DNA of 64,000 nucleotides from the human T2T-CHM13v2.0 reference genome, Homo sapiens. Location: the NCBI RefSeq assembly GCF_009914755.1, contig NC_060927.1, one strand, 5' to 3'. The translations under genes and the position numbers were made by a program. The notes below the pieces were generated by a model. The model did no database searches, had not been told where the DNA came from, and saw nothing but the letters and a program-made list of their open reading frames with translations. Positions 44,806 through 60,400 of this stretch are shown here, piece after piece (the stretch's first letter is position 1; each line of letters starts with the position of its first letter).

Positions 44806-47800
44806 TGTACAAAAAATATCAAAGTACCCAAAGCATGTATTATATACTGTATATAAAATAAGAAAGTACATCAAATATATATTTTATTCTGTACATAATA
44901 TATCAAAGTACACCAGATATATATTCTATAGTGTACATAAAATAACAAAGTACAAAAACTATAAATTATATACTGTACATAAAATATGAAATTACATCAA
45001 ATATATATTAGGTACATAAAATATGAAAGTACATCAAATATAGATTATATACTGAACATATAATATCAATGTACCCCAAATATATATTTTATACTCTACA
45101 TGAAATATCAAAGTTCAGAAACCATACATTATATACTGTACATAAAATATCAAAGTACCCAAGGTATATATTCTATACTGTACAAAAAATATCAAAGTAC
45201 CCAAAGCATGTATTATATACTGTACATAAAATATGAAAATACATCAAATATATATTTTATTCTGTACATAAAATATCAAAGTACACCAGATATATATTCT
45301 ATAGTGTACATAAAATATCAAAGTACCCAAACTATACATTATATACTGTACATAAAATATGAAATTACATCAAATATATATTAGGTACATAAAATATGAA
45401 AGTACATCAAGTATAGATTATATACTGTACATAAAATATCAATGTACCCCAAATATATATTTTATACTCTACATGAAATATCAAAGTTCACAAACCATAT
45501 ATTATATACTGTACATAAAGTATCAAAGTACCCAAGGTATATATTCTATACTATACAAAAAATATCAAAGTACCCAAAGCATGTATTATACACTGTACAT
45601 AAAATATGAAAGTACATCAAATATATATTTTATTCTGTACATAAAATATCAAAGTACACTAGATATATATTCTATAGTGTACATAAAATATCAAAATACC
45701 CAAACTATACATTATATACTGTACATAAAATACGAGATTACATCAAATATATATTATATTAGGTACATAAAATATGAAAGTACATCAAATATAGATAATA
45801 TACTGTACATAAAATATCAAAGTACCCCGAATATATATTATATACTCTACATGAAATATCAAAGTTCACAAACTATATATTATATACTGTACATAAAATA
45901 TCAAAGTACCCAAGGTATATATTCTATACTGTACAAAAGATATCAAAGTACCCAAAGCATGTATTATATACTGTATATAAAATATGAAAGTACATTAAAT
46001 ATATATTTTATTCTGTACATAAAATATCAAAGTACACCAGATATATATTCTATAGTGTACATAAAATAACAAAGTACACAAACTATAAATTATATACTGT
46101 ACATAAAATATGAAATTACATCAAATATATATTAGGTACATAAAATATGAAAGTACATCAAATATAGATTATATACTGAACATATAATATCAATGTACCC
46201 CAAATATATATTTGATACTCTACATGAAATATCAAAGTTCAGAAACCATACATTATATACTGTACATAAAATATCAAAGTACCCAAGGTATATATTCTAT
46301 ACTGTACAAAAAATATCAAAGTACCCAAAGCATGTATTATATACTGTACATAATATATGAAAGTACATCAAATATATATTTTATTCTGTACATAAAATAT
46401 CAAAGTACACCAGATATATATTCTATAGTGTACATAAAATATCAAAGAACCCAAACTGTACATTATATACTGTACATAAAATATGAAATTACATCAAATA
46501 TATATTAGGTACATAAAATATGAAAGTACATCAAGTATAGATTATATACTGTACATAAAATATCAAAGTACCCCAAATATATATTATATACTCTACATGA
46601 AATATCAAAGTTCACAAACTATATATTATATACTGTACATAAAATATCAAAGTACCCAAGGTATATATTCTATACTGTACAAAAAATATCAAGGTACCCA
46701 AAGCATGTATTATATACTGTACATAAAATATGAAAGTACATCAAATATATATTTTATTCTGTACATAAAATATCAAAGTACACCAGATATATATTCTATA
46801 GTGTACATAAAATAACAAAGTACACAAACTATACATTATATACTGTACATAAAATATGAAATTACATCAAATATATATTAGGTACATAAAATATGAAAGA
46901 ACATCAAACATAGATTATATACTGTACAAAAAATATCAAAGTACCCCAAATATATATTATATACTCTACATGAAATATCAAAGTTCACAAACTATATATT
47001 ATATACTGTACATAAAATATCAAAGTACCCAAGGTATATATTCTATACTGTACAAAAAATATCAAAGTACCCAAAGCATGTATTATATACTGTATATAAA
47101 ATATGAAAGTACATCAAATATATATTTTATTCTGTACATAAAATATCAAAGTACACCAGATATATATTCTATAGTGTACATAAAATAACAAAGTACACAA
47201 ACTATAAATTATATACTGTACATAAAATATGAAATTACATCAAATATATATTAGGTACATAAAATCTGAAAGTACATCAAATATAGATTATATACTGTAC
47301 ATATAATATGAATGTACCTGAAATATATATTTTATACTCTACATGAAATATCAAAGTTCACAAACCATATATTAAATACTGTACATAAAATATCAAAGTA
47401 CCCAAGGTATATATTCTATACTGTACAAAAAATATCAAAGTACCCAAAGCATGTATTATATACTGTACATAAAATATGAAATTACATCAAATATATATTT
47501 TATTCTGTACATAAAATATCAAAGTACACCAGATATATATTCTATAGTGTACATAAAATATCAAACTACCCAAACTATACATTATATACTGTACATAAAA
47601 TATGAAATTACATCAAATATATATTATATTAGGTACATAAAATATGAAAGTACATCAAATATAGATTATATACTGTACATTAAATACCAATGTACCCCAA
47701 ATATATATTTTATACTGTACTTGAAATATCAAAGTTCACACACTATATATTATATACTGTACATAAAATATCAAAGTACCCAAGGTATATATTCTATACT

Positions 47801-49098
47801 GTACAAAAAACATCAAAGTACCCAAAGCATGTATTATATACTGTACATAAAATATGAAAGTACATTAAAGATATATTTTATTCTGTACATAAAATATCAA
47901 AGTACACCAGATATATATTCTATAGTGTACATAAAATAACAAAGTACGCAAACTATAAATTATATACTGTACATAAAATATGAAATTACATCAAATATAT
48001 ATTAGGTACATAAAATATGAAAGTACATCAAATATAGATTATATACTGAACCTATAATATCAATGTACCCCAAATATATATTTTATACTCTACATGAAAT
48101 ATCAAAGTTCAGAAACCATACATTATATACTGTACATAAAATATCAAAGTACCCAAGGTATATATTCTATAATGTACAAAAAATATCAAAGTACCCAAAG
48201 CATGTATTATATACTGTACATAAAATATGAAAGTACATCAAATATATATTTTATTCTGTACATAAAATATCAAAGTACACCAGATATATATTCTATAGTG
48301 TACATAAAATACCAAAGTACCCAAACTATACATTATATACTGTACATAAAATATGAAATTACATCAAATATATATTAGGTACATAAAATATGAAAGTACA
48401 TCAAATATAGATTATATACTGTACATAAAATATCAAAGTACCCCAAATATATATTATATACTCTACATGAAATATCAAATTTCACAAACTATATATTATA
48501 TACTGTACATAAAATATCAAAGTACCCAAGGTATATATTCTATACTGTACAAAAAATATCAAAGTACCCAAAGCATGTATTATATACTGTATATAAAATA
48601 TGAAAGTACATTAAAGATATATTTTATTCTGTACATAAAATATCAAAGTACACCAGATATATATTCTATAGTGTACATAAAATAACAAAGTACACAAACT
48701 ATAAATTATATACTGTACATAAAATATGAAATTACATCAAATATATATTAGGTACATAAAATATGAAAGTACATCAAATATAGATTATATACTGTACATG
48801 TAATATCAATGTACCCCAAATATATATTTTATACTCTACATGAAATATCAAAGTTCAAAAACCATACATTATATACTGTACATAAAATATCAAAGTACCC
48901 AAGGTATATATTCTATACTGTACAAAAAATATCAAAGTACCCAAAGCATGTATTATATACTGTACATAAAATATGAAAGTACATCAAATATATATTTTAT
49001 TCTGTACATAAAATATCAAAGTACACCAGATATATATTCTATAGTGTACATAAAATATCAAAGTACCCAAACTATATATTATATACTGTACATAAAAT

Positions 49099-52090
49099 AT
49101 GAAATTACATCAAATATATATTAGGTACATAAAATATGAAAGTACATCAAATATAGATTATATACTGTACATAAAATATCAAAGTACCCCAAATATATAT
49201 TATATACTGTACATGAAATATCAAAGTTCACAAACTATATATTATATACTGTACATAAAATATCAAAGTACCCAAGGTATATATTCTATACTGTACAAAA
49301 AATATCAAATTACCCAAAGGATGTATTATATACTATACATAAAATATGAAAGTACATCAAATATATATTTTATTCTGTACATAAAACATCAAAGTACACC
49401 AGATATATATTCTATAGTGTACATAAAATAACAAAGTGCACAAACTATACATTATATACTGTACATAAAATATGAAATTACATCAAATACATATTAGGTA
49501 CATAAAATATGAAAGTACATCAAATATAGATTATATACTGTACATGTAATATCAATGTACCCCAAATATATATTTTATACTCTACATGAAATATCAAAGT
49601 TCACAAACCATACATTATATACTGTACATAAAATATCAAAGTACCCAAGGTATATATTCTATACTGTACAAAAAATATCAAAGTACCCAAAGCATGTATT
49701 ATATACTGTACATAAAATATGAAAGTACATCAAATATATATTTTATTCTGTACATAAAATATCAAAGTACACCAGATATATATTCTATAGTGTACATAAA
49801 ATAACAAAGTGCACAAACTATACATTATATACTGTACATAAAATATGAAATTACATCAAATATATATTAGGTACATAAAATATGAACGTACATCAAATAT
49901 AGATTATATACTGTACATAAAATATCAATGTACCCCAAATATATATTTTATACTCTACATGAAATATCAAAGTTCACAAACCATATATTATATACTGTAC
50001 ATAAAATATCAAAGTACCCAAGGTATATATTCTATACTATACAAAAAATATCAAAGTACCCAAAACATGTATTATATACTGTACATAAAATATGAAAGTA
50101 CATCAAATATATATTTTATTTTGTACATAAAATATCAAAGTACACCAGATATATATTCTATAGTGTACATAAAATATCAAAGTACCCAAACTATACATTA
50201 TATACTATACATAAAATATGAGATTACATCAAATATATATTATATTAGGTAGATAAAATATGAAAGTACATCAAATATAGATTATTTACTGTACATAAAA
50301 TATCAAAGTACCCCAAATATATATTATATACTCTACATGAAATATCAAAGTTCACAAACTATTATTATATACTGTACATAAAATATCAAAGTACCCAAGT
50401 TATATATTCTATACTGTACAAAAGATATCAAAGTACCCAAATCATGTATTATATATTGTATATAAAATATGAAAGTACATTAAATATATATTTTATTCCG
50501 TACATAAAATATCAAAGTACACCAGATATATATTCTATAGTGTACATAAAATAACAAAGTACACAAACTATAAATTATATACTGTACATAAAATATGAAA
50601 TTACATCAAATATATATTAGGTACATAAAATATGAAAGTACATCAAATATAGATTATATACTGTACATAAAATATCAAAGTACCCCAAATATATATTATA
50701 TACTGTACATGAAATATCAAAGTTCACAAACTATATATTATATACTGTACATAAAATATCAAAGTACCCAAGGTATATATTCTATACTGTACAAAAAATA
50801 TCAAAGTACCCAAAGGATGTATTATATACTGTACATAAAATATGAAAGTACATCAAATATATACTTTATTCTGTACATAAAATATCAAAGTACACCAGAT
50901 ATATATTCTATAGTGTACATAAAATAACAAAGTGCACAAACTATACATTATATACTGTACATAAAATATGAAATTACATCAAATACATATTAGGTACATA
51001 AAATATGAAAGTACATCAAATATAGATTATATACTGTACATGTAATATCAATGTACCCCAAATATATATTTTATACTCTACATAAAATATCAAAGTTCAC
51101 AAACCATACATTATATACTGTACTTAAAATATCAAAGTACCCAAGGTATATATTCTATACTGTACAAAAAATATCAAAGTACCAAAAGCATGTATTATAT
51201 ACTGTACATAAAATATGAAAGTACATCAAATATATATTTTATTCTGTACATAAAATATCAAAGTACACCAGATATATATTCTATAGTGTACATAAAATAA
51301 CAAAGTGCACAAACTATACATTATATACTGTACATAAAATATGAAATTACATCAAATATATATTAGGTACATAAAATATGAACATACATCAAATATAGAT
51401 TATATACTGTACATAAAATATCAATGTACCCCAAATATATATTTTATACTCTACATGAAATATCAAAGTTCACAAACCATATATTATATACTGTACATAA
51501 AATATCAAAGTACCCAAGGTATATATTCTATACTATACAAAAAATATCAAAGTACCCAAAACATGTATTATATACTGTACATAAAATATGAAAGTACATC
51601 AAATATATATTTTATTTTGTACATAAAATATCAAAGTACACCAGATATATATTCTATAGTGTACATAAAATATCAAAGTACCCAAACTATACATTATATA
51701 CTATACATAAAATATGAGATTACATCAAATATATATTATATTAGGTACATAAAATATGAAAGTACATCAAATATAGATTATATACTGTACATAAAATATC
51801 AAAGTACCCCAAATATATATTATATACTCTACATGAAATATCAAAGTTCACAAACTATTATTATATACTGTACATAAAATATCAAAGTACCCAAGTTATA
51901 TATTCTATACTGTACAAAAGATATCAAAGTACCCAAATCATGTATTATATACTGTATATAAAATATGAAAGTACATTAAATATATATTTTATTCTGTACA
52001 TAAAATATCAAAGTACACCAGATATATATTCTATAGTGTACATAAAATAACAAAGTACAAAAACTATAAATTATATACTGTACATAAAAT
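49099..52090 (+). repeat. Tandem duplication of a 1,496-bp (4-HOR) unit
   Basis: ORF pairs 49099/50595 and 49845/51341. Shared markers aagtgcaca, aaatacatatt, caaaacatg and the 1-bp deletion aactattatt. 1496 = 3x373+378-1. Confidence 0.88.
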
Positions 52091-54464
52091 ATGAAATTAC
52101 ACCAAATATATATTAGGTACATAAAATATGAAAGTACATCAAATATAGATTATATACTGTACATATAATATCAATGTACCCCAAATATATATTTTATACT
52201 CTACATGAAATATCAAAGTTCACAAACCATATATTATATACTGTACATAAAATATCAAAGTACCCAAGGTATATATTCTATACTATTCAAAAAATATCAA
52301 AGTAACCAAAGCATGTATTATATACTGTATATAAAATATGAAAGTACATCAAATATATATTTTATTCTGTACATAAAATATCAAAGTACACCAGATATAT
52401 ATTCTATAGTGTACATAAAATATCAAAGTACCCAAACTATACATTACATACTGTACATAAAATATGAAATTACATCAAATATATATTATATTAGGTACAT
52501 AAAATATGAAAGTACATCAAATATAGATTATATACTGTACATAAAATATCAAAGTACCCCAAATATATATTATATACTCTACATGAAATATCAAAGTTCA
52601 CAAACTATATATTATATACTGTACATAAAATAAAGTACCCAAGGTACATATTCTATACTGTACAAAAAATATCAAAGTACCCAAAGCATGTATTATATAC
52701 TGTATATAAAATATGAAATTACATCAAATATATATTTTATTCTGTACGTAAAATATCAAAGTACACCAGATATATATTCTATAGTGTACATAAAATAACA
52801 AAGTACAAAAACTATAAATTATATACTGTACATAAAATATGAAATTACATCAAATATATATTAGGTACATAAAATATGAAAGTACATCAAATATAGATTA
52901 TGTACTGTACATTAAATACCAAAGTACCCCAAATATATATTTTATACTGTACATGAAATATCAAAGTTCACAAACTATATATTATATACTGTACATAAAA
53001 TATCAAAGTACCCAAGGTATATATTCTATACTGTACAAAAGATATCAACGTACCCAAAGCATGTATTATATACTGTACATAAAATATGAAAGTACATCAA
53101 ATATATATTTTATTCTGTACATAAAATATCAAAGTACACCAGATATATATTCTATAGTGTACATAAAATAACAAAGTACACAAACTATACATTATATACT
53201 GTACATAAAATATGAAATTACATCAAATATATATTATGTACATAAAATATGAAAGTACATCAAATATAGATTATATACTGAACATATAATATCAATGTAC
53301 CCCAAATATATATTTTATACTCTATATGAAATATCAAAGTTCAGAAACCATACATTATATACTGTACATAAAATATCAAAGTACCCAAGGTATATATTCT
53401 ATACTGTACAAAAAATATCAAAGTACCCAAAGCATGTATTATATACTGTACATAAAATATGAAAGTACATCAAATATATATTTTATTCTGTACATAAAAT
53501 ATCAAAGTACACCAGATATATATTCTATAGTGTACATAAAATATCAAAGTACCCAAACTATACATTATATACTGTATATAAAATATGAAATTACATCAAA
53601 TATATATTAGGTACATAAAATATGAAAGTACATAAAATATAGATTATATACTGTACATAAAATATCAAAGTACCCGAAATATATATTATATACTCTACAT
53701 GAAATATCAAATTTCACAAACTATATATTATATACTGTACATAAAATATCAAAGTACCCAAGGTATATATTCTATACTGTAAAAAAAATATCAGAGTACC
53801 CAAAGCATGTATTATATACTGTATATAAAATATGAAAGTACATTAAAGATATATTTTATTCTGTACATAAAATATCAAAGTACACCAGATATATATTCTA
53901 TAGTGTACATAAAATAACAATGTACACAAACTATAAATTATATACTGTACATAAAATATGAAATTACATCAAATATATATTAGGTACATAAAATATGAAA
54001 GTACATCAAATATAGATTATATACTGTACATGTAATATCAATGTACCCCAAATATATATTTTATACTCTACATGAAATATCAAAGTTCACAAACCATACA
54101 TTATATACTGTACATAAAATATCAAAGTACCCAAGGTATATATTCTATACTGTACAAATAATATCAAAGTACCCAAAGCATGTATTATATACTGTACATA
54201 AAATATGAAAGTACATCAAATATATATTTTATTCAGTACATAAAATATCAAAGTACACCAGATATATATTCTATAGTGTACATAAAATATCAAAGTACCC
54301 AAACTATACATTATATACTGTACATAAAATATGAAATTACATCAAATATATATTAGGTACATAAAATATGAAAGTACATCAAATATAGATTATATACTGT
54401 ACATAAAATATCAAAGTACCCCAAATATATATTATATACTCTACATGAAATATCAAAATACACA

Positions 54465-57400
54465 AACTATATATTATATACTGTACATTAAATATCAAAG
54501 TACCCAAGGTATATATTCTATACTGTACAAAAAATATCAAAGTACCCAAAGGATGTATTATATACTGTACATAAAATATGAAAGTACATCAAATATATAT
54601 TTTATTCTGTACATAAAATATCAAAGTACACCAGATATATATTCTATAGTGTACATAAAATAACAAAGTACACAAACTATACATTATATACTGTAAATAA
54701 AATATGAAATTACATCAAATATATATTAGGTACATAAAATATGAAAGTACATCAAATATAGATTATATACTGTACATAAAATATCAATGTACCCCAAATA
54801 TATATTTTATACTCTACATGAAATATCAAAGTTCACAAACCATATATTATATACTGTACATAAAATATGAAAGTACCCAAGGTATATATTCTATACTATA
54901 CAAAAAATATCAAAGTACCCAAAGCATGTGTTATTTACTGTACATAAAATATGAAAGTACATCAAATATATATTTTATTCTGTACATAAAATATCAAAGT
55001 ACACCAGATATATATTCTATAGTGTACATAAAATATCAAAATACCCAAACTATACATTATATACTGTACATAAAATATGAGATTACATCAAATATATATT
55101 ATATTAGGTACATAAAATATGAAAGTACATCAAATATAGATTATATACTGTGCATAAAATATCAAAGTACCCCAAATATATATTATATACTCTACATGAA
55201 ATATCAAAGTTCAAAAACTATATATTATATACTGTACATAAAATATCAAATTACCCAAGGTATATATTCTATACTGTACAAAAAATATCAAAGTACCCAA
55301 AGCATGTATTATATACTGTATATAAAATAAGAAAGTACATTAAATATATATTTTATTCTGTACATAATATATCAAAGTACACCAGATATATATTCTATAG
55401 TGTACATAAAATAACAAAGTACAAAAACTATAAATTATATACTGTACATAAAATATGAAATTACATCAAATATATATTAGGTACATAAAATATGAAAGTA
55501 CATCAAATATAGATTATATACTGAACATATAATATCAATGTACCCCAAATATATATTTTATACTCTACATGAAATATCAAAGTTCAGAAACCATACATTA
55601 TATACTGTACATAAAATATCAAAGTACCCAAGGTATATATTCTATACTGTACAAAAAATATCAAAGTACCCAAAGCATGTATTATATACTGTACATAAAA
55701 TATGAAAATACATCAAATATATATTTTATTCTGTACATAAAATATCAAAGTACACCAGATATATATTCTATAGTGTACATAAAATATCAAAGTACCCAAA
55801 CTATACATTATATACTGTACATAAAATATGAAATTACATCAAATATATATTAGGTACATAAAATATGAAAGTACATCAAGTATAGATTATATACTGTACA
55901 TAAAATATCAATGTACCCCAAATATATATTTTATACTCTACATGAAATATCAAAGTTCACAAACCATATATTATATACTGTACATAAAGTATCAAAGTAC
56001 CCAAGGTATATATTCTATACTATACAAAAAATATCAAAGTACCCAAAGCATGTATTATACACTGTACATAAAATATGAAAGTACATCAAATATATATTTT
56101 ATTCTGTACATAAAATATCAAAGTACACTAGATATATATTCTATAGTGTACATAAAATATCAAAATACCCAAACTATACATTATATACTGTACATAAAAT
56201 ACGAGATTACATCAAATATATATTATATTAGGTACATAAAATATGAAAGTACATCAAATATAGATTATATACTGTACATAAAATATCAAAGTACCCCGAA
56301 TATATATTATATACTCTACATGAAATATCAAAGTTCACAAACTATATATTATATACTGTACATAAAATATCAAAGTACCCAAGGTATATATTCTATACTG
56401 TACAAAAGATATCAAAGTACCCAAAGCATGTATTATATACTGTATATAAAATATGAAAGTACATTAAATATATATTTTATTCTGTACATAAAATATGAAA
56501 GTACACCAGATATATATTCTATAGTGTACATAAAATAACAAAGTACACAAACTATAAATTATATACTGTACATAAAATATGAAATTACATCAAATATATA
56601 TTAGGTACATAAAATATGAAAGTACATCAAATATAGATTATATACTGAACATATAATATCAATGTACCCCAAATATATATTTGATACTCTACATGAAATA
56701 TCAAAGTTCAGAAACCATACATTATATACTGTACATAAAATATCAATGTACCCAAGGTATATATTCTATACTGTACAAAAAATATCAAAGTACCCAAAGC
56801 ATGTATTATATACTGTACATAATATATGAAAGTACATCAAATATATATTTTATTCTGTACATAAAATATCAAAGTACACCAGATATATATTCTATAGTGT
56901 ACATAAAATATCAAAGAACCCAAACTGTACATTATATACTGTACATAAAATATGAAATTACATCAAATATATATTAGGTACATAAAATATGAAAGTACAT
57001 CAAGTATAGATTATATACTGTACATAAAATATCAAAGTACCCCAAATATATATTATATACTCTACATGAAATATCAAAATTCACAAACTATATATTATAT
57101 ACTGTACATAAAATATCAAAGTACCCAAGGTATATATTCTATACTGTACAAAAAATATCAAGGTACCCAAAGCATGTATTATATACTGTACATAAAATAT
57201 GAAAGTACATCAAATATATATTTTATTCTGTACATAAAATATCAAAGTACACCAGATATATATTCTATAGTGTACATAAAATAACAAAGTACACAAACTA
57301 TACATTATATACTGTACATAAAATATGAAATTACATCAAATATATATTAGGTACATAAAATATGAAAGAACATCAAACATAGATTATATACTGTACAAAA

Positions 57401-60400
57401 AATATCAAAGTACCCCAAATATATATTATATACTCTACATGAAATATCAAAGTTCACAAACTATATATTATATACTGTACATAAAATATCAAAGTACCCA
57501 AGGTATATATTCTATACTGTACAAAAAATATCAAAGTACCCAAAGCATGTATTATATACTGTATATAAAATATGAAAGTACATCAAATATATATTTTATT
57601 CTGTACATAAAATATCAAAGTACACCAGATATATATTCTATAGTGTACATAAAATATCAAAGTACCCAAACTATACATTATATACTATACATAAAATATG
57701 AGATTACATCAAATATATATTATATTAGGTACATAAAATATGAAAGTACATCAAATATAGATTATATACTGTACATAAAATATCAAAGTACCCCAAATAT
57801 ATATTATATACTCTACATGAAATATCAAAGTTCACAAACTATTATTATATACTGTACATAAAATATCAAAGTACCCAAGTTATATATTCTATACTGTACA
57901 AAAGATATCAAAGTACCCAAATCATGTATTATATACTGTATATAAAATATGAAAGTACATTAAATATATATTTTATTCTGTACATAAAATATCAAAGTAC
58001 ACCAGATATATATTCTATAGTGTACATAAAATAACAAAGTACAAAAACTATAAATTATATACTGTACATAAAATATGAAATTACACCAAATATATATTAG
58101 GTACATAAAATATGAAAGTACATCAAATATAGATTATATACTGTACATATAATATCAATGTACCCCAAATATATATTTTATACTCTACATGAAATATCAA
58201 AGTTCACAAACCATATATTATATACTGTACATAAAATATCAAAGTACCCAAGGTATATATTCTATACTATTCAAAAAATATCAAAGTAACCAAAGCATGT
58301 ATTATATACTGTATATAAAATATGAAAGTACATCAAATATATATTTTATTCTGTACATAAAATATCAAAGTACACCAGATATATATTCTATAGTGTACAT
58401 AAAATATCAAAGTACCCAAACTATACATTACATACTGTACATAAAATATGAAATTACATCAAATATATATTATATTAGGTACATAAAATATGAAAGTACA
58501 TCAAATATAGATTATATACTGTACATAAAATATCAAAGTACCCCAAATATATATTATATACTCTACATGAAATATCAAAGTTCACAAACTATATATTATA
58601 TACTGTACATAAAATAAAGTACCCAAGGTACATATTCTATACTGTACAAAAAATATCAAAGTACCCAAAGCATGTATTATATACTGTATATAAAATATGA
58701 AATTACATCAAATATATATTTTATTCTGTACGTAAAATATCAAAGTACACCAGATATATATTCTATAGTGTACATAAAATAACAAAGTACAAAAACTATA
58801 AATTATATACTGTACATAAAATATGAAATTACATCAAATATATATTAGGTACATAAAATATGAAAGTACATCAAATATAGATTATGTACTGTACATTAAA
58901 TACCAAAGTACCCCAAATATATATTTTATACTGTACATGAAATATCAAAGTTCACAAACTATATATTATATACTGTACATAAAATATCAAAGTACCCAAG
59001 GTATATATTCTATACTGTACAAAAGATATCAACGTACCCAAAGCATGTATTATATACTGTACATAAAATATGAAAGTACATCAAATATATATTTTATTCT
59101 GTACATAAAATATCAAAGTACACCAGATATATATTCTATAGTGTACATAAAATAACAAAGTACACAAACTATAAATTATATACTGTACATAAAATATGAA
59201 ATTACATCAAATATATATTATGTACATAAAATATGAAAGTACATCAAATATAGATTATATACTGAACATATAATATCAATGTACCCCAAATATATATTTT
59301 ATACTCTATATGAAATATCAAAGTTCAGAAACCATACATTATATACTGTACATAAAATATCAAAGTACCCAAGGTATATATTCTATACTGTACAAAAAAT
59401 ATCAAAGTACCCAAAGCATGTATTATATACTGTACATAAAATATGAAAGTACATCAAATATATATTTTATTCTGTACATAAAATATCAAAGTACACCAGA
59501 TATATATTCTATAGTGTACATAAAATATCAAAGTACCCAAACTATACATTATATACTGTACATAAAATATGAAATTACATCAAATATATATTAGGTACAT
59601 AAAATATGAAAGTACATAAAATATAGATTATATACTGTACATAAAATATCAAAGTACCCGAAATATATATTATATACTCTACATGAAATATCAAATTTCA
59701 CAAACTATATATTATATACTGTACATAAAATATCAAAGTACCCAAGGTATATATTCTATACTGTAAAAAAAATATCAGAGTACCCAAAGCATGTATTATA
59801 TACTGTATATAAAATATGAAAGTACATTAAAGATATATTTTATTCTGTACATAAAATATCAAAGTACACCAGATATATATTCTATAGTGTACATAAAATA
59901 ACAATGTACACAAACTATAAATTATATACTGTACATAAAATATGAAATTACATCAAATATATATTAGGTACATAAAATATGAAAGTACATCAAATATAGA
60001 TTATATACTGTACATGTAATATCAATGTACCCCAAATATATATTTTATACTCTACATGAAATATCAAAGTTCACAAACCATACATTATATACTGTACATA
60101 AAATATCAAAGTACCCAAGGTATATATTCTATACTGTACAAATAATATCAAAGTACCCAAAGCATGTATTATATACTGTACATAAAATATGAAAGTACAT
60201 CAAATATATATTTTATTCAGTACATAAAATATCAAAGTACACCAGATATATATTCTATAGTGTACATAAAATATCAAAGTACCCAAACTATACATTATAT
60301 ACTGTACATAAAATATGAAATTACATCAAATATATATTAGGTACATAAAATATGAAAGTACATCAAATATAGATTATATACTGTACATAAAATATCAAAG

